In this document: piece after piece, positions 34,475-46,432 of the stretch
Numbering within the stretch: the stretch's first letter is position 1
Layout: each line of letters opens with the position of its first letter
NCBI GenBank assembly: GCA_037447605.1
Contig: CM074804.1
Span: 2,728,001-2,792,000, forward strand
DNA: 64,000 bases
Direction: 5' to 3'
Source of the DNA: Zygnema circumcarinatum SAG 698-1b
Lineage: Eukaryota > Plantae > Zygnematophyceae
The notes under the pieces: generated by a model
What the model saw: only the letters and a program-made list of their open reading frames with translations
The model's database searches: none
Told to the model about the DNA's origin: nothing
Program-made: the position numbers and the translations under genes

Positions 34475-35459
34475 TCAGGAAATCGAAGTGAAGACCCATG
34501 AAAGAGAGGGAGAGGGAAAGGGAGAGGGAGAGGGAGAGGGAGAGGGAGAGGGAGAGGGAGAGGGAGCGGGAAAGGGAAAGGGACCATTGGGCTGTACAAG
34601 AGGTGCCGTTGGTTCAAAATTGGAGCAACAAGTTGGCAGTTCAAAAAAGATGGATTCTTGTGGAGGAATCCTCCATTGCCATCGCCGTTGAATGTGGTCA
34701 TGTAATCTGTCGGAGGACAAGGGTAGCACGATTCTGGCGGAGAAGACAAAGCGAATGCACGTTTGAGAGAATAGAGTTGTGGGAGTGTGGCAGCTAATGG
34801 AACGGAAAGGGAGTTTCCGTGTAGATACGTGCTCATCAGCTGTGGATTACTTCGCTTTCCTTTTCCGTAATATTTTGTAAGTTAGTCCCGATGCGACCTT
34901 ATGCTTGGGAAAACTACGTCTATGTGAGCACATGGAACCATGTCCGGTAAAACCGAGTCCAATATTGCCAATAAAGCATCCCATGACAGCCTATTTTGCC
35001 TATTTTTTGATGCTTCCAGACCAAAGTCCCAGAACCAACAAACTTTGCTCCAATACTGTTTTCAGAACAATATGACCATTAGGTCAGGCAGTGAAACGTT
35101 GTCTCCTTCACTCACTGACTTTTGGAATTGTTGTTGTGTTGTTGTCGTTGTGGAAGTGTGCCAAAATCTCACACTTCACACCTGGCGCGATCAAAGAGAC
35201 TGTCAACATTTCGCCAACCGGTACAGTAGTTGGTAGGGAAAGGGTAATTAGACTTGGGAATTAAACTGACCAGGCGACGACAGAGTGATGCCCAACGGAA
35301 CACATGTCAATACCACTATCAGTGACTCTTTTCAGTACAAAGGGCATGACCGCCCTTAATCCTCACCCTCCCGAATATTTAAACTCAATAGTCTGGAGCC
35401 TCTGCGTCCTTATGGGTCCATTGCAATGTTGACATTCTCAACGTAGCCCGTCAACTTAC

Positions 35460-35590
35460 CTGTGGAAAAATGTCAAGAGCTCCATCAGCGCAAACATCCT
35501 CCAGCACTCGAACTGCTAACCCGGGGCCAGGGAAAGGATGCTTCTTCAAAAAACCAGATTGTGCATTCAGCTACCGCTGGGTTTCCGCAC
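35460..35590 (-). pseudogene. guaA: Isolated exon fragment of GMP synthase (glutamine-hydrolysing)
   Basis: Minus strand cacag|GTGCGG...CCACAG|gtaagt encodes VRK..(frameshift/stop)..LNAQSGFLKKHPFPGPGLAVRVLEDVCADGALDIFPQ. This matches the GMP-synthase signature (R)HPFPGPGLA(V/I)R(V/I)LG. No other GMP-synthase exons were recognised. Confidence 0.8.
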
Positions 35591-37467
35591 CTGTGCACAA
35601 GTAAATCAGTCACATACGCAATCTGGTCTCCTACAAAGTCATAAGCATCACCTTTCCTGAGGCTCAAACAGCAAAAAGGAGTGAATGAGAAATGCCAACG
35701 AAGTTGTAACGGTTCCCATGTTTAACAATCTTTTTGAAACTTCAGACAAATCATCACCTATTCAAATTCCAAAGTAGCCGTTAGTTCCCATCCTGTTCCT
35801 CCCAGCGGTTTGATTTCATCTGTCAAAAGCAGGCTAAGAAAGCAGGCAATACTTTACGCCAGCCTCAAACCACTGATGAAAGAGCCGAATTTGTCTTGCT
35901 TCATTTACAACATAGAACACAGTTCTGCAGTGCACAGAACATGCTGCCAGCGTTTCGGGAACCCTTCACGTGGCATCTTCGTCTATAATGCATAGACATT
36001 ATTATCCCTATTATCAGATCGAATCCCTCTCAATTTTTTTAATGTAGATTATGTTGATGCATGTGCCAGGCGGCTCGTGGAGGGTGTGCCCATCAGAGAT
36101 CATATCCACAATGAAAGCGACCATTCGGCAGATGGTAGCATGTTGCAACATATGGGGGTTCAGAGATATTTTTGGGATTAGATTTGTTTTCTTGAAATTT
36201 TCGAAATAATGTACCGTATGTTTTAAAATGTTAAATACATGTTCCACCACTTATCTGTAACCCCTCGAGGCAGTTTTCTACAATCTGCCTTCTCCTAGAG
36301 GGAGTTTATTTCCGCCAGTTTAGTCAGTCTATTGGTCAGGTTATCAGTCAGTTATACAAAGAAATCACGCATTTGGCACCATCAGTTACGTCCATAACAA
36401 CTCTGTCACCCCCTCTCCCACATCGACGCCACACTCTTTTATCCTCGTCCCTTTCTTTCTCATCCGCTGCTCACATTCCCTCAGTTCTCAATCTACTTCC
36501 TCCAGCTAGGCCTCTCCAGTTGTCCTCGGGAGCAGCTTCTTCCTTCTCCACATCCTTTCACTACCTCAGATTCTTCCAGCTTGCATCGTCACATCCTTCA
36601 CGATGTCAATCTTTCTTTACCTCCCTCTTCGTTTCCGTCATATCTTCCTTCCCTCTCTTCCACTCTCCACCCGTTCCATCTCTACGCTCCAGCCTCTCCT
36701 CCCTCTACCCCTCGCCATGTTCTGCTTGTCCTTGGTTTACACGCTCCCCCCTTTACTTCCCCCCCACTCAACATCCTCCCCTTCCTCTCCCACCCTCTCC
36801 CTCCCCAGTTCTTTCCACACTCCCACATTTCTCATCCTCTACCTCTACATCCTTGCATCATCGTCGTCACTCCTCCCAGTCTCAGAAGTGGAGAAACCAA
36901 TGGAAACTTGTCAACTAAAAACACAAAAAATGAAAAATAAGGCCCCATTCAACCGCATCAGAACACATCGATCCGCATTCCATCTCAATTCACTTTGAAA
37001 TTAAACACGTAGATTTTCTGTTCACCACTCGAAATCATCCCAAAATAGAGGTGCTCTTGGCCTCACTTCCATGAATGCGAGCCATTTCTCCAAAGGCGAT
37101 GCAAACACAACAATAAAACAATAAGATAATTTCAGCAGTCTATTATTTCAACCTTATTTCGCTCCTCCACTATCCTCGATGCAGCCTCCTATCCTGCCTT
37201 AGTCTGGCGAACAAGCCACGCTGAAAAAAACAAAAAAATGAGTTTATGCAAGGGTTCCTGAAACGACCTTCAAGCCTTCATTACCCATACCCATCCCTTT
37301 AGGCTCAACCCCCAGAACGGGTTTGAGCCATATTGTAAATAACCTCAAAAATCCAAAACTTCCCTCTCCCTCCCACCTCCCTCTCCCAACCCTTCCGTCT
37401 CCCTCACCATGGTGTCGGTTCAGAGACCTCCGCTCCTCCTACCCCTCCCCCTCCCCCTCCACTCACT

Positions 37468-39845
37468 CTATACCCCACTCCCTTTCCCTCCCTTGGCTGG
37501 CGGTGGTGTGTATGGTGCCGGAGGCGGAATTTTGGGTGGATGTTTTCCAACTCCCGGGGGCCGCTTTCCCTTTCCGGGAGGTTGGTGGCCTCCATAGTGG
37601 GGGGGGCGGTAGGCTGTGTAGTGGAGGTAGCGCCTCCTCATCCACTTCATTCTGGTGTACTGCTTCGTAGTGAGAGGTTTGTCCCACTCGTAGTTTGTGG
37701 GAGGCTTCACCTTCCTACAGGCCGGCTTTGGTTTCAACGTTCCCGGGCACGAGTTGTTGAATTGGAAGTCTGTGAATGCGGCAGTGAAGGGGGCGTACGA
37801 ATAGTTCGACTGCCAGAAAAGAGGGAGAGGGAAAGTGAGAGAGAGTATGTGAGTGCACGAAGAACTGTGAAAGGATTCGTAAGGGTGGTAGAGACAGTGA
37901 GTTGATAGTGGGGTGAGTGAGGGTGTGCGAGATGAACACAAGGGTCCGTGGGAGAGAGGGAGAGGTGAAGAGGGAGAACAAAGTACGACGAGAGGACGGC
38001 GAGTGAGACGAACCAGAAAGGCATAGTCTTTGCAACAGTGTATTCGCAATAGACTGCGGCAATATCGAACATAGCACACGCAAGCGACAGCAGGGGGGAG
38101 TGAGAGGCAGGGAGAGGGAGGGCGAGAGAGATGGAAGGAGAGACGCACTCTAATGACTGAGCCATTATAGTCGCGAGTGGCCCACTGTGAAGCGTCCCAA
38201 ACGGAGCCGTACGCTGCCAGGGAGTTGAAGATATTGCCCTTTCGCCACCTCCTCTTCATGTCCTGCCGGAACTCGCGCAGAAGGTAACCGTCAATTAACC
38301 ACCTGCAGAGAGAGAAAGGACAGGGAGACAGAGTGAGTGAGGGTGGGATAGCTACTAGCGGAGTATGTGGAGGAAATATGAAAGGGAGAATGAGAGACGG
38401 GGAAAGAGCGAGTTTGCAGAAGGGCGAGAGAAACGAGAAAGAGTTAGGAGGGAATTAGAGAATGAGCGGGACGGGAAGAGACAGAAACAACTACTTGCAG
38501 GCGGGCGAGGAGGCACAGTCGGAGGAAGTGGGCGAATTATACAGCGAAAGAGAGGGAGAGCGACATCAAGCTAAGGGAAAGCAAGAGAGGGAATAAAAAA
38601 CCCAACAGAGACAGACAGACAGAAGGAAAGAGAGGGAGAGACAGACTTACAGAACGTGGCGGTAGCCGTACACAATAGTGTATGTGTGAAACTCAGACGG
38701 GTCATACCACACTCGGAACTGCTCCTCGTGCTGACCCTTCCCCTGCGCGTAGTAGTTCGTGTGGATGAGCGCGCGGGAGGGCACCTTGTGGCCGATGATC
38801 TCGAAGTCGATCTCGTCACCGCCGCCCTTCATCTGCATCCAAATGTGTCCAAACATCGCTTAAGAAAAGGGCGGGTTTCGTTCATTGGGTCGAATTCTCC
38901 TACTGGGAGCATAGAGAACATTTAATGAAGAGAAATAGAATGAAATCGGAAGGACTGAGGGCATAGGGCTTACTGAAATTGGTGTATTGAGAAGTGAGCA
39001 ATGATCAACGTAAGGGGACAAAGAAAACTAGAAAAGAAAAGAAACCGGGCTCGACAGCAATGATCAACTTTTTTTACTTACATAAAATGTGAACAAAATA
39101 CCGGCCGAAAAGGTCTTCGGGATCTTGATCTTCACAGAGTAGATTCCGTGCCAGTACGTGTCTTTGGTAACGAACTTGCACGCTGCGAAGGATAAGAAAA
39201 CGAGAAAAGAAAAAACAAACACAAGGTAAGATTGGCGAGTCCAGAGACTTATCATGCACTGCAAAATACGTATGTATCCCTAATCGCAAATCCATTCAGA
39301 GGCGAAACACTGCTTCAATCTTGTTCCTTCGGAATGTCCTCTGCGGCTTCGGGTAAGTCGTCTCTCTCTCTCTCTCTCTCTCTCTCTTCACCACCTCCTA
39401 CCCATCACTTCCCTCATTCAAACATCCCTACAGCCATCTTCATACATCTGACAAAATGCCAACCTTTCATCCACCCCTCTCTCTCTTTCTCTCTCTTTCT
39501 TTCTCCGCATTTTCTTCCTTTCTTTTTTCCTCCCACCTCTCTCTAGCCTCCGCTCCCACTACAATTCCGTCCCTCCTCGTCCTTTCCCACGGCACTCCCC
39601 TATCCCTCCCTCGTCCCCCACTTTCGACTTCTCCCACCCCTCCCCATCCCTTTTCTCTCCTTCTTACCTGCCTGACTCGTCAGCGACAGAGTAATCGTAT
39701 TGTTGGGGTAGATCTTCCACACGCTCGGGTCTCCATACACAGTCAGCATGTCGCCTAGGGGCACTCCCCATGCGACCTGGCAGCTCCCCACCACCCACAG
39801 CACCACACCAACAACACCCGCCAGCCTCCCCATTCTCCCCTCCAT
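37468..39845 (-). CDS. XTH: Xyloglucan endotransglucosylase/hydrolase (GH16) with a Pro/Lys/Gly-rich C-terminal tail (about 5 exons)
   Basis: Signal peptide, then ITLSLTSQ|ACKFVTKDTYWHGIYSVKIKIP..FSAGILFTFY|..GDEIDFEIIG..IHTNYYAQGKGQHEEQFRVWYDPSEFHTYTI..|WLIDG..AYGSVWDASQWAT..|YAPFTAAFTDF..LTTKQYTRMKWMRRRYLHY. DEIDFE is the XTH catalytic motif. Confidence 0.9.
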
Positions 39846-42800
39846 GGCTGCCCCCCCAAACCTGCTCCTTTCCCCCTCCCACTCCCTTTACTCTCTCCCC
39901 TCTCCCTCTTTCTCTCTCTCCCTCTCTCTTTCTCTCCCCCCCTGTACCCCCCCACACCGCCGAGCGGCCTCCGCCCTGCCAGCTGGCGCCAACGCGGCGC
40001 CCTTGGCGGCGGGCCGTGACGTGACGCGCGTCAGGCGCCCTCTAGCGCGCTTGGGACCGCCCCGCCCGGCGCGCAGTGCGCCGCCACGTGGCAGACGACG
40101 CGCGGGCGGCCCTCCTGTTGCGAATCAGATATTCTTCTCTGATTCGCAACGCAACGATTCGTCTTTTTGAATACGTACGGCACGAGCGAAGGGTCGGCGC
40201 GGATCGGTGGGCGGTACGGCCAATTGGCGCCGCAATCCTGGCGGCCGCCGGAGGAAGCGTCTGACCGCGCGGCGGGCCGTGCGTGAACCGGACAGGGGAA
40301 AACGGCCAGGTGCATCCTCCGGTAAAGTCAACGCCTGAGGCCAACTGGGTCGAGGAGTTGATCCACATCGTGGGCTGATCTGACCACTCCTCGGAGTGGA
40401 TCCGAGGGCCGTACAGGCTGCTGAGGCCGACCTACCGACAGCTGTCCTTGTAAGGCTCCCAAATTTCTTGGGACGCGTGGCGAGTGAAGCCGCGGCGGCG
40501 GCCCGCATCGTGTGTACGGGCCGATGGGCGGCGGCCTCCCGGAAATCGCGGGGGCGCGGAGGAATCGGAGGCCGCCAGCTGGCGCCCAGGGAGGGAGCAA
40601 CAGGGCCCGGGCGGGGCTGACGGGCCGCGCAAGGCTTTCCTGTCCTTCCGCGAGGGTGACAGCTCGAGTCGAAGTGTTGCGGCGGTGGCCTCGCGCTGCG
40701 CTGCGCTGGATTGCGCTTTGCACGAGACTTGAACAAGAGACTTTTGGAACTCAGATTGCATCCGCAACTTGCGGACGCATTGGATGCAGGAGGGACCAAT
40801 GAGCGTTGCGTGAGGAAGTCCACGGGCCCTGGACCGCATGGCTGTCCATGGAGTCCTCACTCTTGCCAATGACCGGATGCTGCCGGAATGCCTTGTTGCA
40901 TGGGTACTCCCAAGCTCCCACCTTTCGACGGATTGTATGCGAGTTGCGGACCGGGGTTGGTCGAATAGCTCGCAGGAAGCAGCAAACGTTGGAGTAGACG
41001 CTACGTCTATTTTCAAGCTTGAGTACCTAGAACCTAGGGCGATCAATAATAGCCAACAAACCTCAGAAGCCACACGGCAGTCGCATCAGGACGACAACGA
41101 ATGCGTGTAACGGCTGTACGGTACGGATTGTCGCTTGAAGAGAAAATCTCCCTGCAGATTCACATGCGGATTAATACCCTCTTTCGGTACGGTACGTGCG
41201 TCGTTAGGATTTTTTATTTTTTCCGAAATTCAAGTCTGGCGTGCTCCACAGTTGCAAAGTTAGATATTTTCGCGCGACCACGCGCCGACAAGCGGTTGAA
41301 CTCCCTCCCGCGCAACCGCCCACACGCGGGGGCGCCACGTCGGACCGGCCGAGATCAATTGCGCGCCAGGGCGGCAGTGGACTCGCCCACCAACCGCCAC
41401 GCCGCACAAGTAAGCGTACGGACCTCAGCCAAACAAGAGCCACCGACCTGAGCCGTAAAGTATACGGACCTGGCAGCGGGGTTTGTCGTCGATCAGCCGT
41501 GGGGACTCTATCGCCTTGACCGACGCCACGTGGAGCGCTATGAATCCGCCTGGCAGCCGCCCGGGCCCTCGTCAGCGGCTCCTGATTGGCCAGTCAACCC
41601 TTCTGACGCGGCCACCGGTCCTGCTCTGTTCCTTCCGCCGTACGTACCATGACCCGTACAGTACCGTACCGTTGTCGGCGCCGTACGTTCGGGTCCGTAC
41701 GACGAGGCAACAACCGACTCTCAAATGCGGTCTTTCCGACGGTGTCTCTCGGCGACGGGCGGCCGTACGGTCAGCACTTTGGCGGCTAGCGGTTCGCCGG
41801 CGCACGGTTTGGGGCTCGGTCAGGGCGCGACCTGCCCACGTGGCGCCAGCGTGAATCTGACGTGGCTCATCCTCCTGCCGCGTGTCCCACCGCGCGCCGC
41901 CACGTCGCTCCCGAAGATCCGATCGACGTCCGACGCCGTACGGCTCGCAGCCGCCGCCCGCGGTGACCGCGGTGACCGCCGTGCCCGCGCCGGTGCCCCG
42001 AGATTCCGGGAAAAAGGGACGGGCGGGACCGCGGGAGCGGGGCCCGCAACCGGAAGGCGAGTGCCGTACGGTACGGCAACCACGGTGGACCCAGGCCCCA
42101 GGGCGGCCGCTTCAAAGCGCCCACGTGGCAAGCGGATTAGAAAGTGCGCCACGTGGTGCGGTTTGAACACTGTACGGAACGACGCTGCGCGCAGGCTGCT
42201 GAAGGCAAACGGTGAGTCGTTGCGTACAGCAACTGGACTGAATGGAGCAGAACTGGAGCAGAGCTGAAGCAAAACTGGGGAAGTAACAGAGCAGCAGCGA
42301 TAGTGCATGTGCCCGTGACGTGACGGCTCGAACCCTCTACCCGCCGCTTCGATGATCGCCGTGTCGGGTCGTCGCGGACGAGAGCGTGTTGTGGGGACTT
42401 GATTCGTGGAATGTGCTACTGCGGATGTCCTCTAGGAAGGTGTTTCCCTCGCATACGCAGCCAAGTTCAAGGCTCTAAGAATGTTGGACGTACGCCTGTT
42501 TCCCAGGCCGGCTGCAAAAGCATTCATGTATAATAAGCAGTTGTTATGATAGCGTTGGACATTCCTTTGATAGCAATCGCCACGTGGCGCATGCTGTAGC
42601 AGTGGTGACTGCAGGCATGGCCTCTTCCAAGTCGGTGCTCCAGAAAGTTTGCACCTTGTTTGAGCCTTTCTAGGCGTAAGGAGTTTCGTCTATATTTCAT
42701 ACATGTGCATACCGCGATCAGACACCATTCCGTGCACGCATAATGCCTTCATGTTGCCAACAAAGGCCACTTAGCACAGAATGCACAATATCCATTAACT

Positions 42801-43021
42801 CTCCACGCATTGCGAACGCGCAGATAATTCACTCTCTAGTACGGCACCACGAACCCTTGACAGTCACTACGATTCTCAACCACTTCCAACAACTAAGCAC
42901 GAACTTTTATCTAAACAATTGAAGATAGTACTGCGGATTGAGCCACAATGCCTACCGACTAATCAGGTAGGCTACAATGTACATTGAATCTTGATCAAAC
43001 TTAGTAATCAACTAAATGCCT

Positions 43022-46000
43022 CTAGAGGTCTATAGGGCCTCGCGCTTGCGCCTGCGCTTGCGATGCATGTAACAAATCACGGAAAGTCCGTGACTTTTCG
43101 GTTGGTCTTGACGGCTTTGCTTGCTTCAGTACATTCTCGATGAGCAAGCATCTCTCCCGCGGATGGAGCGCAGTTATGCGTGTCCGGCTCATGTCGTACA
43201 GTATTCCCAACTTCTCCGCGGGAGTCCACGTCCGCCATGGCCGATTGGACTGCCATCGGGGCACCCCTCCATCGGCCATAGTCCGCCATGCCGTCAGCAA
43301 TGAGTCGGTTACGATCTCCTCCTCCTGCATTTCACAAACATCCTCATTGTGAACATGTTATCCTCAAGCTCCGTGCTTAAAGCATGGCTTCCAAAGATTG
43401 CCTGAGGACCGGGAATACAATCACAGCAAAAGGCAGCCGCCTCTGCCCTCCCTAAAAAGCTGTTGAGATAGTTCCAACTTCACCTGCGTGTAGTCGCAGT
43501 ATCCTGCTTCACATGATATGTTTTTTGTGATTCCGAAGGAGGCTCGAATTTCGGCAGTGTGGCTCGGTCCCAGGTCCACTGTCTCTGCCGGGCACGAGGG
43601 CGTGATGTTCCAATTGTAGAGGTAGCTCGGAGCGGTCGACGACGCATGAATACTGCGCGCCATGAGGCGTTTGTGGATGGGACACGTGAAGAAAATGTCG
43701 GTCCACACATGAGCCAAGCGGTGCTCGGTCACATCAGCACCCACTGCACATTATTGCATGAGGAATGGTGAGAAACAACATGGGTATCATGGAACTCTCA
43801 TACGCACACAGTGCCTGTTTGAAACAGAGGAACAATGAGAAAGTATGCGCTATTTTACAGCCGTATCTTTCGTGACTCACTGACCAGTTGTCCGGCATAG
43901 TTACTCCATTCGGGAGGGTAACGCAAGGCATACCTGTGTCGGATTCGTTGTAAAATCTTAAGAGGCTAGATGCGTCTGCTCCGGGATAGAGTTCCTCAAA
44001 CAGCAGAGGCAACAGAGGAGCAGTCGCCTCTCCGAAGTTGGCGATGATGTCACTTTGGAAGTAAGAGCCTTCATTTGTGGTGCTTCCCACGAGGTATGGA
44101 ACTGAAACGACAACAACTCACAGGAGTTTCAGGAAAACTGACCAAAAAAAAAAAAAAAAAAAAAATGAATCACGGAACCAAGTCAACTGAACGTTATGGA
44201 ATTCCGTCCTCACCCTTGTGGTACAAACCCATGTTTAGGGCCTCCGTTGGTTGGTACGGAAACACCGACCCGTCGAGTGTGTAATGGAAGAAGGAGGTCC
44301 ACTCGACTCCTTCACACAACAAGATGTTTGCAAAGTTGTCATTGGAGATGTTGCGAGACATTGCCATCAATGTATCCCACGATGTTGTTCTCATGCACTC
44401 CACCTCCTCCGCGGGGGTCGCTAGCGGCGCACATCCAACTTGGGTCATGAAGTCTTGGCTCACTGCGTAGGCCTATCAATTTCAGCAAACAGATCAGTAA
44501 ATTAGAAATGTGTGTACGCGCTTAACACTTCTTGTGATTTGAGATTGCGAGCTGTTTGGTGCATGAGTAGTTTGAGGTACCTGCTCGAGGGTAATGAGGT
44601 GGACGCATGGCGGGCTCTGACTGATTGCCGAGGAGAACAGATTCGCAGATCCGGGTGCTACTTGGTGAAAGTCCACACATTGCGCGCCTATCAAGAAACG
44701 AAAAGCATAAATTCAGGCCAATATATATATATATATATATTGTATATATTGGTTTACGTTTTTGTTTAAGAGTAGATCTACTTTCTTATATTTTTCGACA
44801 TTGGGTGCTCTCAGACAAACCAGTTTATGCTCTGTCTCACCCTCCGCCCTTTGATAAAAATGCCCGCTTCTATCTTCTTTCATTCTTCCTTCCTGAAATG
44901 AAATGCGATTCGCAGCTCAGAAGTGCGTTTTTCTCTCCTGCCTAATCCTCACCTCCTGATTGGCCGTTAAGCATCACCTTCGCGGGGTCACCTCCAAAGA
45001 ATTCAATGTGCTGCTGAACCCACTTGAGGGCGAGTTGCTGGTCCAGGAATGCTGCAAACAGAAAAGCGAAGTCAAAAAAAAAAAAAAAATTTGAGCACCA
45101 AAACAATATTATTAAAGAAACCAGTCGCTGTTTTCTCTGTTTGCATGCCACTCTGAAGCAACCTCAACCTCGGCCTCATACTAGATCCTCTCTTTCGTCC
45201 CTTGTCCTTGTCTCTCTCCACCTCATCTCTTTCTCCATCCTGCTCTCACCCCGGCCCCCGTCCCCCCCCTCCCGACTCCTCCTCTCTCCTGCTCTTCCAA
45301 TCCCTCGCCGCCTTCTGCTCCCTCTCCCCTCTCCTTTCCATTTCTCTTTCTCCTATTCTCCTGCTCCCCCCCCTCCCTTTCCAATCCTTCTGCAGCTCTC
45401 ACCCCAATTTCCAGTAGTGTTCGATTCCGCCAGCGTGAGAGGATGTGCGAAGTATCCGAACGGACCCCTCCGAAACTGCACACCATGATGGCCATTTCCC
45501 GTCAGCTCTCAAATTGCCTGCCACGAGTCACTGCCACCTCAATATGCGCAGTCACAATGGCGGTCAAGATTGCGGCTGACTACGTTCCTGAGCTCATGGC
45601 CGCCTTTGACCTGAATGTTGACTTGGATCATGTCAGTCCGCGCCACTCCGGCGCAGCCGCTGAGGTGGTCGTCCGAGGCAGAGCAGAGGTTGATGGCCCC
45701 GCCGTGGATGTACACGCGCACAGGGAGACCACTGGTGGGGGTGGCGTGGACAGGGGCCCAAATGTTCAAAAAAAGGCAATCCTGCAAACCGGAATGTGGG
45801 GTTTGAAAATCACCCAAAAGTCTAGTTAAGAGATATGCATATAAAACAAGGAAATTCTGCAAAGAAAACAATCCCGCAAACCCAAATTTCGTGTTTCTAG
45901 AACACTCAAAAATGATAAAGACAAGCTCAAATATGGTTCTTCATGTGCCTGCCGTCGCGCCGCGCACAGAAACCGCCGGAAAAAATGGGTTTGAGCTTAC

Positions 46001-46432
46001 CTCACTGCTGAGGTCATTCGCATCTTGCGAGTCGGCTAGTGCGGTCGTAGAGAGGCTGCAGATGTTGCCACATGGCGGCGGGACAGTGGTCGCTTGGAGC
46101 GCGGGGTCCGGGTACTTGGTATCGTACATTTTCGGAGCGCGGTAGCGGTCCGGTCCGAGGGGGGACGCCGCGAAGGGGACTCCAAGGAACTGAGTGACCG
46201 TGGCGTGCACGGGGCAGGACATGCCCTGAATGATGCCAAGTGGCAGCGCGACAGTGCGTGATTCGAAGGCGATGCCAACGGAAGGGAGGACGGGGAAGGG
46301 AAGGACAGTGGCGGAGGAGAGAGGGAGGGAGAGGAGGGAGACGAGAGAGAGAGCGAGGAGAGGAAGGGAGGGAAGGGACGAGAACGCGGGAGGGGAGCTG
46401 AGCAGACGAACGGGAGCCCTGAGGAGCTGCAT
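43022..46432 (-). CDS. Secreted type-B carboxylesterase / cholinesterase-like alpha/beta hydrolase (PF00135-type), multi-exon
   Basis: Hydrophobic signal. FLGVPFAASPLGPDRYRAPK, DCLFLNIWAP, VRVYIHGGA, VNIQ|FRRGPFGYF, GNWG|FLDQQLALKWVQQHIEFFGGDPAKVMLNGQSGG (nucleophile Ser), GSTTNEG (acid), TDIFFTCP, YLYNW, SHTAE (His). An alternative start exists at 46447. Confidence 0.9.
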
